A DNA stretch of 63,082 nucleotides, the filler included, from Pelomyxa schiedti (lineage: Eukaryota > Protista > Evosea), in the NCBI GenBank assembly GCA_020536535.1. It is 7 parts of 7 records of this genome, joined end to end, with 100 filler letters (N's around TTAATTAATTAA, not from the genome) between each part and the next. Parts side by side here need not be neighbours in the genome. Positions count along the whole stretch, not along the records: positions 1 to 31,797 come from JAHLWZ010000184.1; 6 more parts are not named here. The stretch is one strand, 5' to 3'. A program made the translations under genes and the position numbers. Below are positions 11,958 through 26,128 of this stretch, in pieces (positions within the stretch are counted from its first letter, which is position 1; each line of letters opens with the position of its first letter). Under the pieces are notes generated by a model that searched no databases, was not told the origin of the DNA, and saw only the letters and a list, made by a program, of their open reading frames with translations.

Positions 11958-14900
11958 ATGAGCGGGACTTGGTCAGGGTTATGTGACGCCGATAGCAGTG
12001 GGTGTCTTGGCTCGGCGACGAGCAGAAGGACCGCCGATTATGGGACGTTCTGGGCTGATGGGCAGCCACATGGAGTGAGGGTTGAGCCTGAGAGGTTGTT
12101 TGAGTCACNNNNNNNNNNNNNNNNNNNNNNNNNNNNNNNNNNNNNNNNNNNNNNNNNNNNNNNNNNNNNNNNNNNNNNNNNNNNNNNNNNNNNNNNNNNN
12201 NNNNNNNNGCCGATAGCAGTGGGTGTCTTGGCTCGGCGACGAGCAGAAGGACCGCCGATTATGGGACGTTCTGGGCTGATGGGCAGCCACATGGAGTGAG
12301 GGTTGAGCCTGAGAGGTTGTTTGAGTCACAGAGCACAGTCTCAGGCTCTTGGTTGCACCGAGTTGTCCCAGTTGCGTGTTTGTTGCAGTTGCTTTGGGTT
12401 TTGGTTTTGGTTTTGGCTTTTGTTTTTGTTTTGGCTTTTTCTTTTGCTTCTGCTTTTGCGTTTGTTTTTGTTTTTTTGAGCCTGACACTAACGCAATCTT
12501 TCAAGGTTTTTGATGCCTCTGATGTGTGTGGAGGAATGCCATACTTTCCTGAATCGTACTTTGTTATACGCCGGGATGTTATGAAGCGCACTTGCGGCAC
12601 AATAGATAAAGTGATGGTAGTGGAACTGCACGCTGCAGACGGTAACAATATTTTCAGAAGCAGAACAAGGCTCATGTTTCCAAACAGAATCTCCATATCT
12701 AAGAATCGTTCTCACCCAAGGGTCTCCTTCAGCGTTTGAAAGGGGTCGGGCGTCATCCCAAATGCAATTTGCTAGTACAATGCACGATGCACTTGTCATC
12801 TATGCTTCTATACTTCGTGAAAGGGTGAAGTGGGAAGACGGGAAACTCTGGCTGTTCACTCACTCCTAATAGACAATGCATAACAAGTACAAGAAGATGT
12901 TACTGGCTTCCTCCAAATATGGCACAAGCATTGGTTGAACATTGCTGTTAAAATGCGTTTTAATACCTCTTACAGGCCTCCCAAGGCTTATTCCCTTAGC
13001 AGTGGCCAATCTATTAGAAGTCCTTTACAAAGAAACGACTGTGTCCTTGTCCTTACATGGCACTGACTCACTCCCTGCAATATCTCCTCCGCAGATTACA
13101 AAAGCTTTCTCCATTTTACAGAAAGTTTTTCAAGTATGAACCTTCAAGCTATAACATTGAAAGAGTGAACGTGTGTAGGCTTTGGAGAACAGTGATCCTC
13201 TCGATGACACAACGGCAGAAAGTCTTTCCTCTGAGTTTTTTTCTGCCATTTCAGGAAAGAAACAACTTGTACAATTCCTATTTGTTTTGTCCTTGGCTAA
13301 GTTACGTTTCAGATTAACACTTCAGACAAAGCCAATGAATGGACTTTGTTTTTGCAAAATCTGAAGGACGTGAGTTCTCTTTCTGAATCATCCTTGGATT
13401 TAGTGTCCGTGAATTTGGATGTGGATATCCTGTAAGTGTTCTGGATTAAAAGAAAGTAATAACACCCGTCTCCTTCCAGATACCATTCTATTGCATGCGA
13501 TATCTCGGTATTGTCAAATGAAACCTCAGAGTACATGAACGTCTATGACTTTATTGAGAAGCACAATTCAAGTAAGTTTAAAATTGGAACAATTTACCGG
13601 GTCCACCGCCACATGGATTTCACCAATTTTGACTCTACTATTGGAAACGAAACTAATCTCTTTCATGGATCCCCTACAGGTGATTGACCAAAAGATGAAT
13701 TAACGAGGGACCAACTCCTAATTACAGGCACCTGGCTGGGAATCTTGTCCAGGGGCATGATTCTTCCAATGATAGTCTCCACCAAATACCATGTGCAACG
13801 AAATGGAGGAAATTTAGGAGGTGCATTATATTATACCGATGATTTGAGTGCATCTCTCAAGTACACAACGCCTTCTAATGAAGGTGTACGGTATGCTTCC
13901 ATACCACACTCACACAGGCTCTCAACCCTTTTTTAGGTACATCTCTATTTCGCGTGTGGCTCTTGGCAAGGTCAAAGATTTCACCCAATTTTGCCCCTCA
14001 CTTCATTGTGCACCTTCCGGCTTCAACAGTTGTCATGGTGTGAAATCATCACCCCTTGTTAGAAGCAATTTTGAAGACAATGAGTACTTCGCACTCTCAT
14101 CTATTGATTTGGTCTAAATGATTTGAGATATGCTATTTTCCAAACCTCTCAGCAGTACCTGCAGTTTTTGGTCGAGATCCTTGATGCCGAAGTGGTGCCT
14201 TGCACAAAACGAAGAACTATAAATCCTCCCCCAGTCCCAACGCCACTGCGCACAGCAAAAGCTCCTATCACAAAGTACGTTGAGCCTGATGACCCTGAAC
14301 TATGGTCAAAAAAGGTTGGTGACTTTCTGACTATAAACTTCTAACGTAGAAACTAGAAAAAACCAAAAGAACAATGTGGATTGATGTCAGATACAGGTCA
14401 GCCAATCCCATTACAAGCTGTGAGCATTCATGCCAAATTAGTTGGTCTGTGAAACCTTTTTTTAGCAATCGAACTAACATCGACAGATATTGTTGGCCAA
14501 GTGGTTGTTCTGCAAGAATACTTCAATTCGAGCAGCACCGCAATTGAAGCTAAATATGTTTTCCCTCTGGATGAAAAATCGGCCGTTGTTGGCTTCGAGT
14601 GCTTTATAGCAGGCATGCAGGGCACCAGTTTTCAAATATTAATTCCACTTTTCAGATAAACATATTATTGGGGTAGTAAAAGAGAAGGAAGAGGCTCATC
14701 GGGAGTATAAAGAAGCAATAGAACGAGGAGATGGAGCCTACCTCCTTGATGAAGCCCAACCAAATGTATTCACTGTATCAGTTGGCAATCTTCCTCCAAG
14801 CACCAATGTCATAATAAAAATTACGTGTAAGAGGAGCTTCCCTCCTATTTTGCACTAAAGAATTTCCAAGATATCACCGAAATTGAGTCTGAAGGTGATG

Positions 14901-17900
14901 CACGGAAATTCATTTGCCCTTCCTCCTTGGTTGCAAAACAAAAATTCTCAGCCCTAGACCATATGAACCAAGTCACAACTAAGTCAATAAATGTTTCTCA
15001 GTCTCAGGTATTTCCACCCACACAAGCAAGGTGAATAATTCCACAAGGGATCCTTTTCAATGGAGATATCTGTTAATATGCCTAATCTCATTCGTTCCAT
15101 TGAAAGTACTTCACATTCCATAAGATACAAATATACAGCAAAGAAAGCTACAATACTTTGGATAGAAGGTACTCCAACTACAATTGGTTTGCGAGTGAAC
15201 ACCCTTCAGAGAACCCGACAAGTGATTTCACACTCCTGGTGCACTTATCTGACAGCCATGTACCGTTTATGTGGATTGAAACTGCTCCTCCTGAAGTGTC
15301 CGTACCTGATTCTGAAAGGAATGTGGCTATGGTGGTGATGTACCCTGAACTCGCGGAACTTAACGAACTGGAATCTCAATGTATTTTTTCCCATTTTCAC
15401 GATGAAGCACTTTCAGTGCTCACTAGATATTCTCATTGTCGATCAATCTTGCAGCATGTCAGATTCGCTCCTCCTTACGAAACAGGTTGCGTCACATATC
15501 GGTACCTTGTTAAATAAGTCTTTTTCCTTTCTAACATAGCATTTCAGTGTCTTTGATCCCGGCTTTCTCCCTATTTAATGTTGTGGCATATGGCTCGTTT
15601 TATGATTTCTTGTTTGCTTCTTCTATGCCATGCACAGCACATACAACTGAGGAAGCTACTACATATATTCAGGCAAATAGCTTTTTATTTCTTAATGTTA
15701 ATACATACACAGTCACTACAAGCTGACTGGGGCGCAAGCCTTCTATGGCCTGTCATAAAATCAGTTATTACCACTCTAGAATGGCAGTCGAGATGCAAGC
15801 AATCAAAATGCTCAGGAACTACGAATATCCTACTAGTGTCCGATGGTGATTTCACCCACGAAAATCAAGTTATTCAGGTTGACAATTACTGATCTGAATA
15901 CAACCCAGTCTCAATGCTAGCAGATGGTTGCAGACCATTGCCGCAAAGTTCCGAGCACTCGCTTTTTTACTTTTGGAATCGGTCAAAACGTCAATAAACA
16001 GAACTTGACCAGAATATCCCGTCTTGGCTGTGGTGCCACGACATTTATTGAATCCAGCAATTCTGTGAGGCAACAGGTCCAATAGTGGCTCTTTGTTATT
16101 TCTTTTCTTAATTCATTCAGGTTAAACTTCAGCTAAGTCGTACGAGGCAAGCCTCCCTGAGCAACACAGTAATTGAGTGGAGCAATTGTAGTGCCGAGAC
16201 AGAACATGCACCAAAGAATATACAGACTTTATTCAGCAATGACAGACTACTTGTATTTCGTTTTGTGCCTGAATCATGCCACAAGGTGATCGGCCAAATA
16301 TCTAAGTTATTTTTGACTTCATTCTCATGCAGGTTACACTGAAATCGTACGGCAGTAGCATGCTGACAGCGTACCAGTGCACAATTGTTTCAAATTTAGC
16401 CGAGAGGCTCACAGGAATGACCTTGCACAGACTTTGTGCCCGAGCAAAGACGAGGTTTGTCTTGGTTGGACTCAAATAGAAAGTGAAACCCTGCAGAGAC
16501 TGGGAGGACTTGGCCTTTGAAGATTCAACACTCAAGGACCTGGTAATAAGTTATGATATACATGACATTAATATTCCTCCACCAAGCAAAAACGAGATAT
16601 ACTGGAACTGGCACTAAGATATTCCCTCGCCACAACCCTGACATCTTTCATTGCGATTGAGGTTCCTTTCCCTCCTCTTAAAACTACTTCTCAACAAACA
16701 AAAGGAACGCGACGACACGGAAAAGTTAGGGTATCAAAACCGACTCTACTAAACTGCACTAACGCAATTAGAACCTTGAAGAAGCCCACACCCACTTTAC
16801 ATTCTCTTGCCAACAAGGAGAAGACTGACGAAATTCCCTTCTGTACGAACTGGAAAACCCAATCTCTTTCTGAGAAACTGTTGCAATTCACTTTTATCCC
16901 TTTTGCTTTCTTACTATTCGATGGCAGACATTCACCTAGCAAGGCCTTGAGTAAAAGAAGAGCAGGAAGGAACAGGACCGTTTATGATGCATGGTCTCCA
17001 GAAATACATCGTGCCGAACCGCAACTACAAGTGAAGGATCCTTGTAAGAGTAATAACATCTGAACCAAATCTCACTTTCTGAAGATTGGACACTGACCTG
17101 GGAAGAAAACCACGAAAAGACATATACGTATAAAACGAAAGGGAAAGATATCGATAAAAGGGTAGACCAACATTCTATTGAACTTCCCTCCATGTCCGCA
17201 GTCCTGGACTGTTGTGGCTCTGTTTGCCTTTGTATTTTCTGCTTGCCTTGCCTTTGCCTACTTGGGGGCTGTGGCGGTACACTGTCAGCAAAGGCCGCGC
17301 CTAGGACCTTTGGCAAACAATATGCCATGAAATGTGATGACGAGTATGATGATGACTGGAGTGTTCCATGTTCTGCTCCAGCTGCTTCCATTGCATGTGG
17401 GCATGGGCGTTCTTTGGCACTTGGTGGTTTGCCTGGCAGCCAAGTGGAAACAACTATTAAAGCGTCAAGACGGGGACCATCACCTGCAACTCACCGGCAT
17501 CACAAACATGCGCACTTAGCTCCACCACCCCCTCAAGCATCTCCCAAGAATCAAAAGACACCAGACAAACCGAGTAACCTCTTACAACAAATCCAAAACG
17601 GCAAGCAACTTAAAAAAGAGGAACCAAAATCTGGAAAGAGGGATGTCGATATGAGAGTGAGGCCTTCTGATGATATTGACTACATGAAACCAAGTAATTT
17701 CCAGCTTAGCTACCATCCATAACTTATTTTTTGTACTTTTGATTTTTCAAGGTGCAGCTCGGTCCTCGAACCGCAATACTGCAGCTGCCGCAGCCACAAC
17801 AACAAGTTCAACAACTACAACCGCAGGCACTTCGGCTAGCAAACCGGCTGCAGCCGTGAGCCTTGGTGGAAAATTCTGTGAGTATTCAGAAGCAACCATT

Positions 17901-18877
17901 GGAGCTGCATTTCAATGTGTTGGTGTAAAAACACCAAATGGAAATGCAAAGTTGGAGGTTTTGGTGTGTCCTTTCGTTTTCTTTCTAACTCAACACTCAG
18001 TTATGGGATACTGCCGGACAAGGTATATCTCCGTTTGTTTACCGCTTTACATACTCATAACCCTCACAGAACGATATAGGAGTCTTTCACCTATGGTAAC
18101 CAGCTTTCGTATTTCTTTTCCTATTCAACTCATTGTCATTCCAGTATTACCGCGGAGCAACTGCCGCCATGGTCGTGTATGCCATTCCATTCAATTCCTT
18201 CCGAACAAACAAGAAAGCAACCAACCGCTAACTACTTCCCCTCATATCCAGTTACGATATCACATCAATGGAATCATTCACACTAGCCAGACAATGGATG
18301 GATGAACTCAAAATGAGAGCACCCCCAGATATTGTTGTAATACTATTGGGAAACAAACTCGACTTGGCCGAAAAACGCCAGGTGAGTTGTTCCGCTGCCA
18401 TCCCATAAGTTGCTCTCTAACAGTCCGTTTTGTAACGAAAAGGTGTCTACGGGAGCCGGAAGCAGCCTGGCCGCCGAATACGGGATTCAATTCTTTGAAG
18501 TGTCAGCCAAGACAACGGAAAATCTATCGGCCGCCATATCTGCTATGGTATCAGGTTTTAATCTGCAACTGCGGAGCCCTTTTAACTCACACCGATAGAA
18601 ATTTTTGCGAACCCCAAGTCCCGCGCCATGAAAGGCACGTATTATCTATTCCATAACTCCACCACAACCAAACAAAACTCCCACACGCACCCACAATCAA
18701 GATGCTAACCCCACATCAGTCGTGGTAGTGGGTGGTACCAACGTTGGAAAGTCCAGCATCAACCAACGGCTCTCCGGGTCCTCCCTATCTGTAGATAAAG
18801 ACGTACCAGACCCGTCATTCCCACCATCCCGACCTTATTCTTCTCAGCACCATCAAAAACACAAACACTGCCTGTGA
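11958..18877 (+). CDS. PARP4: PARP4/vault-PARP-like protein: PARP catalytic, VIT, vWA, acidic-Trp/Pro/WH2-like region, Rab5-like GTPase with C-terminal P-loop; many exons
   Basis: PARP motifs NLFHGS, GGNLGGALYYTDDLSASLKY, RVALGK, FEDNE/YAIF (H-Y-E triad). VIT: VLQEYFNSSSTAIEAKYVFPLDEKSAVVGFE...AYLLDEAQPNVFTVSVGNLPP. vWA: VDQSCSM, LLVSDG, LFTFGIG. The frame can be followed by eye into the Rab-like exons. The 5' end is uncertain (gap and duplicated segment). Confidence 0.8.
12109..12208. other. 100-N scaffold gap (a second one is at 59029-59128)
   Basis: Run of 100 N. Sequence after the gap (from 12209) repeats about 11987-12108, indicating an unmerged overlap. Confidence 0.95.
17866..18772 (+). 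CDS. Rab5/Rab22-like GTPase domain (part of the PARP4-like gene model) with motif order G2-G3-G4-G5-G1
   Basis: GKFCEYSEATIGAAF (G2), [31 protein letters not shown] (G3), LLGNKLD (G4), FFEVSAKT (G5), then VVVVGGTNVGKSSINQRL (beta1-G1-alpha1) at 18719-18772. Confidence 0.8.
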
Positions 18878-19048
18878 TGTGATAAATAATGCAACAGACC
18901 GGAAAAGAATTCGGTTCTAGAACCGTTGCCCAACGGTTCAAAAAAACAAAAAAAAACACCCGTTCGGCTGAACAAATGAGTGGGTAACCCCATCGAGCAC
19001 CGCACCCATAGTCATAGCTTTTTTTTCCTCAATTGCATGTCCTTTTAA

Positions 19049-21351
19049 AATGGGTTTCTGTGCGTCGTTTTTTTTTTTTTAAACAAACAAGGGCTGTTTG
19101 GCTCCACACCACACAGGTCACACCAACGACGGTTTCGCCGCTCTTATCAACGCCGGCGCGACCAGCGACGTCTCGCGGGCGGTTTCCAAGTCGAAGATCG
19201 TGTGGGAGTGGGTGCTCCCCTGGCTGCTCCCCGAGTCGCTCCTCGCCCCGCCGGATCCGTGCCACCACTTCCCGCTGCAATTCAAGCACGGGGTGACACT
19301 GTGCCGGATCGCTGAGGCCATGTTCCCCCTCGTCGGGCGCGCGTGCAAGTCCATCGTGGCTCGGTGGGAGAGCTGGTGGATTGCCCTCCAATGCGCGGGG
19401 GAGGCCGGGAGCAGGCTGTGCGTGGGCTGGCTGCTGAGGAACAGGAAGAGACGCCCGCAAGTGTGTGCTGCTGCTGCTGCTGATGGTGGTGGTGGTGGGG
19501 GTGATGATGAAGAGACTAGGAGGAGGGGGATGATGAGGACGAGGAGGAGGGGGAACAAGGTGTTTCTGAGTGTGCTGGAGGGACTGTGTACTGGTGGCCA
19601 TTTGGGGATGGCTCAGAGCCTCGTGGATCCTCATCTCCGTGACCATGGTGATGGTTGTTGTGGCTGGGCAGCGGGTCTTGGGTTGGCGTGGCTGGATGAT
19701 GACGAGGAGTGTGTGGTGGACAACGGTCTGGTTGACCACGTGAGGGCTTCTGAGTTGCTCAAGAGAGTGTGTCAGAAGGGCCACATGGAGGTGGCAAAGT
19801 GGGTGGTTGAGAGGTTCATGGTGAGGGAGACCTGGGAGTTTGTTGAGCCACTTTCAGCGGCTGCTTCAGGGGGGCACTTGGAGTTGGCTCAGTGGATGGT
19901 GGACACTTTTGACTTGGCCCTGGAGTTCAGTGGTTGTTCTTGGATTACTTTTAATATCTACACAAATGCATGCAGGAGTGAGAACGTGGAAGTCGTGAAA
20001 TGGTGCCTGGAAACATTTCGTGTGAATGACCAAATCAGTATCGGCTTCAGCTGGTTATGGGGAAAATCAAGCAAGAGTGTGAAAGTGTGCCAGCTAATGA
20101 AGGAGCTCATTAGTTATACTCCATCCACTGATGCGTTCGGTCGAATCTGCACTCTGGATGTTCTGAAGTGGGCAGTTTCTTCATATCCTGCATTTAGCAA
20201 TCCCATAGAGGAGAACCGGGAGACACTGTGTGCAGGACCAGAAGGTGTTCAGTTTTGCCAGTGGCTCGTTGAGGAGCGGTCTTTCACACCAACACCTTCG
20301 ATGTTTCAAGCAGCCTGCAACAACGCCAAAGACAACCCACAGACTGCAAAGTGGTTATTATCAAAAGGAGTACCACTATCACCAGAGGTTATCTGTGATT
20401 CGTTCAGCAGTTCGTTGGCCCGCAGCAACACCTCAATTGCCTCCTGGTTGGATCAGACCTTTCACATCTTGAATCCGCCAATGTCTACTCCTGCCAGCGT
20501 GTCTGACACTACATGTTCCATTTTTGTTGCTATCTGCCAGAAAGTGCAGCGTTATGATCCAAGTGTGGATGGAATCGAATGGTTTCTGAACCACTCCTCA
20601 ATGAAAGGTGCTGCTGAGTCTGTTATTGTTGACTCTATTGAGGTCCTGCTGAACGAGTCATCGTTCCAGCCTGTCATACTCATCATGGAAAAGTTCGCAA
20701 TCTCTGAACCAAAGAGGACCGAACTTCTCGTCCGCGTTCTGAATGTCTGTGTTCAAAATGCCAGTGTGTCAGCAGTAAAAAAGGTGGTTTCCATGGGTGA
20801 GTTCTCACAAGAGTCTGTTGCAAAATGCCTCTCATGCGGAGTTTGTGACCCCAAAGCAACTAAGTGGCTCATGGCCCAGCTTGAGCATCACACCTCACTT
20901 GACAAGAACATGATTCTATTTAATATGATATCATGGGGTCAAGGGAGCTGTGCAGAGTGGTTCATCAACAAGTTCCACATCACACTTGATGAGGTACGCC
21001 CCTACACCCCTCCCCACTCCTTTTCCTTACAACTTTCACCCACTTTTGTTGCAGTTCCTGCACCTCAAGTGGGAAAAGGATTCCTTTGTTTGTATTGACT
21101 TGTTCACATGGAAAGTGATACAACGAGTGTTCCCAGGGCTCACAGCAGACATGATCAAAGAGAAATTCATTCCACTTGTGTGCCGGTCACCAGTCATTGC
21201 ACAGGTTGCAATGAAGAGGTTCCCACAACTGACCATGGATGACATCCTGGCATTCTGTTCCAGCACACCGCACTACCACTTCGCTGTTCCCACTCGTTTG
21301 TGGTTGAGGAACCACGATCCTCTCATTTGGAAGAACTCATTGCACTACTGA
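19049..21351 (+). CDS. Lineage-specific degenerate ankyrin-like repeat protein
   Basis: 666-aa ORF plus a terminal exon; repeats such as LCTGGHLGMAQSLV, VCQKGHMEVAKWVV, AASGGHLELAQWMV and ACRSENVEVVKWCL. Confidence 0.7.
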
Positions 21352-21587
21352 TTCAATATTTAATTGCTTGCTTTTTTGCTTTGAAAAGTCCGGGTGGAGA
21401 CCTTTTCTAAATCTTTTAAAAAAGAACAAACTGTAACACAAACCTCTTCGGCACTATTCAACCACAACGTTGTCCACAGAGTCATTGACATTTGACTCCG
21501 CAACCTAATTGGGAAGTCTGTGTGCTCTTGGCCTGCTACAGTGTCAGTGTTCAGACCCAAAAGGGTAGCCAAGTTAAGGTGGTAGTG

Positions 21588-24082
<2,495 letters not shown>

Positions 24083-24183
24083 AATAAGCTTAGTGTTTTT
24101 GTTTTTGTGGAAGGACAAACCAAGAATTTTGTTGGGCAAATTGAAAAAGCCACTATTTCTTTTGCTACTAAGGCTTTGTTGGT

Positions 24184-25828
24184 TTACTTGAAGTTCTTTG
24201 CTTGGTTGAACTTGCGGCCGCCAAAGTTGCCGTCCCAGGCAAGCATGTCACAGAGGAGCTCCTTCTGTGCAGCGTCGGCAAGGTCGACCTTCTTCCAGTC
24301 ATAGAGGGCATAGTCCTCGCACTCGGTCATCTCGGCCGGAACTTCGGAGCCGCGGAACAGCCAGCAGCCCTCAATCTCGAACGGCTTGGCATCGTTGAAG
24401 ATGCAAAGGCTGCCAAAGCCGTACTTGCGGAGCTTGTCCAGCCTCTGGATCCATCCTCCTACTTGATTGCAGACAATGAACAGCTGGTCGGTTTCGATTT
24501 CGAACTGTGCCGGAGTTAGAATTGGGGATGGGGTGTGAATGTAGGTACCTTGTACTTGCAGAAGTAGAGGCAGTAACCCTCGTCGAGGTGCTCCCAGAGC
24601 CATGGGATAGCGACGGTGCGGGTGTCCTCGTTGGAGTAGACTCGCTTCCATGTGTCCATGTCGAGCTTGCTTGCTGGGAGGAGGTCAAGTGGGTTCTTAG
24701 CCTTAGGCTCCTCCTCAAGTCCGAGCTCATCGCCGTCGTCATCGTCGTCATCGTCGGCCTTCTTCTTGGGCTTCTTGGCTGGCTTCTCAGCAGCTGCAGG
24801 CTTCTCAGCTGCAGCGGGTTTCTCAGCAGCGGGCTTCTCGGGCTTGGCAGCAGCGGTTGGCTTCTCAACTGGAGCAGGTGCATCAGGAGCAACTTGCATC
24901 TTCTCACAAAGTGTGATTTCACCAAGAACTTCGAGGAAGTGGGGCTGGTTGATGCAGGTCATGAACCACCTGTTGGTGTGGATGAACTCGCGGCGGAATC
25001 CTCTGTCAAGAACCTACAAACGGAATGTTAGCCAAAAGAAAAAAACCCCAAGGAAGTGTACACACCAGCTTGTAGAGGTTGATGAGTGAGCAAACCAAAA
25101 CGATGTCGGCGAGTGTGACCCTCTCGCCAACCATGAAGGTCCTTGTCATGAGGTGTGAGTTGAGGATCTTGAGAGCAACGCGGATATCTCCCTTGGCCTT
25201 GCTTGTGGCCTACAAGGTAAATTGTTACAATTTACGTTGGGAAGGAAAAAAGGAGATACAGTCATATTGTTGGGGATGATTCCCATGATTGGAAGAACCC
25301 AGGCCATTGCTGGAAGATCGATTTCAGAGGAAGCGAACTCGATCCACTGATCAATCAATGATCCCTCATATCCACTAGAGCCATAGAGTGTGTCACTGCA
25401 CCTTGCAACTAAACAATGAAAGTAAGAACCAGTACCCAACAATTTAAAAAAAAAAAAGGAAATAAAAAACCTAAAAAGTAAAAAAAAAAAAAGAAAAGGA
25501 AAAGTAAAGAGGGAGAAGGAACGCACTGTATCGGCAAATGGCATTTGCTTCGAAAATTGGGCCCTCGGGTGTCTCGAGCACTGGGGGCTTGCCAGTTGGG
25601 TTCTTGGCCAAGAATGCGGGGGTCCTGCAATCCGCCTCGGAAAACTCGCCAACAGCAACCTCGACTCCTGCGTACTTGGCCGCGATGAGCGCCTTTTGTC
25701 CGCGAAGATCGTCAGCCGTGCAAATCAAGTTCTACAACGATAATGTTACACCAAGATCCGAGAAGAAAAAGACTGGCAGAGGGGGAAAAAAACGCAAGGG
25801 AACGACGCTCCGCACGCACCATCGACAT
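24184..25828 (-). CDS. EEF1G: Translation elongation factor 1B-gamma (GST-like N-domain plus EF1G C-domain); multi-exon
   Basis: KALIAAKYAG, FLAKNPTGKPPVLETPEGPIFEANAICRY, IDQWIEFASSEI, VGERVTLADI, KNPLDLLPASKLDMDTWKRVYSNEDT, GGWIQRLDKLRKYGFGS, NQAKNFK*. Confidence 0.96.
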
Positions 25829-26128
25829 GTCTATCACTAAACTGGTTTTGAGTAGAATGAATTAAATTTAATTCTTTTCGGCATTTTTTTGTGCCTTTCT
25901 TATCTGACGTCGGATCCCATCACAGTTGTTTTGGTTCCTGATGGGTTCTGAACTCAGAGATTGCGCCGAGGGCCTTGTAATAAGTGACCTATTTACCGTT
26001 GTACTGGCACTCTCAGCCTCATTCTGGAAAACCTCAAACCTCATGCTGGTCGTTTCGGCAAAACAAATTTACAGACAACGGTTTTAGAGACACAGCAACA
26101 CCCATTACGCGTTCTGTGAGTACGTGGA

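Noticed and set aside
11987-12328. Direct repeat flanking the 100-N gap
   Set aside because: Unmerged scaffold overlap.
18860-18885. CaaX prenylation motif at the end of the Rab-like domain
   Set aside because: The frame ends HCL*; a CLVM* ending would need an extra base, which the sequence does not support.
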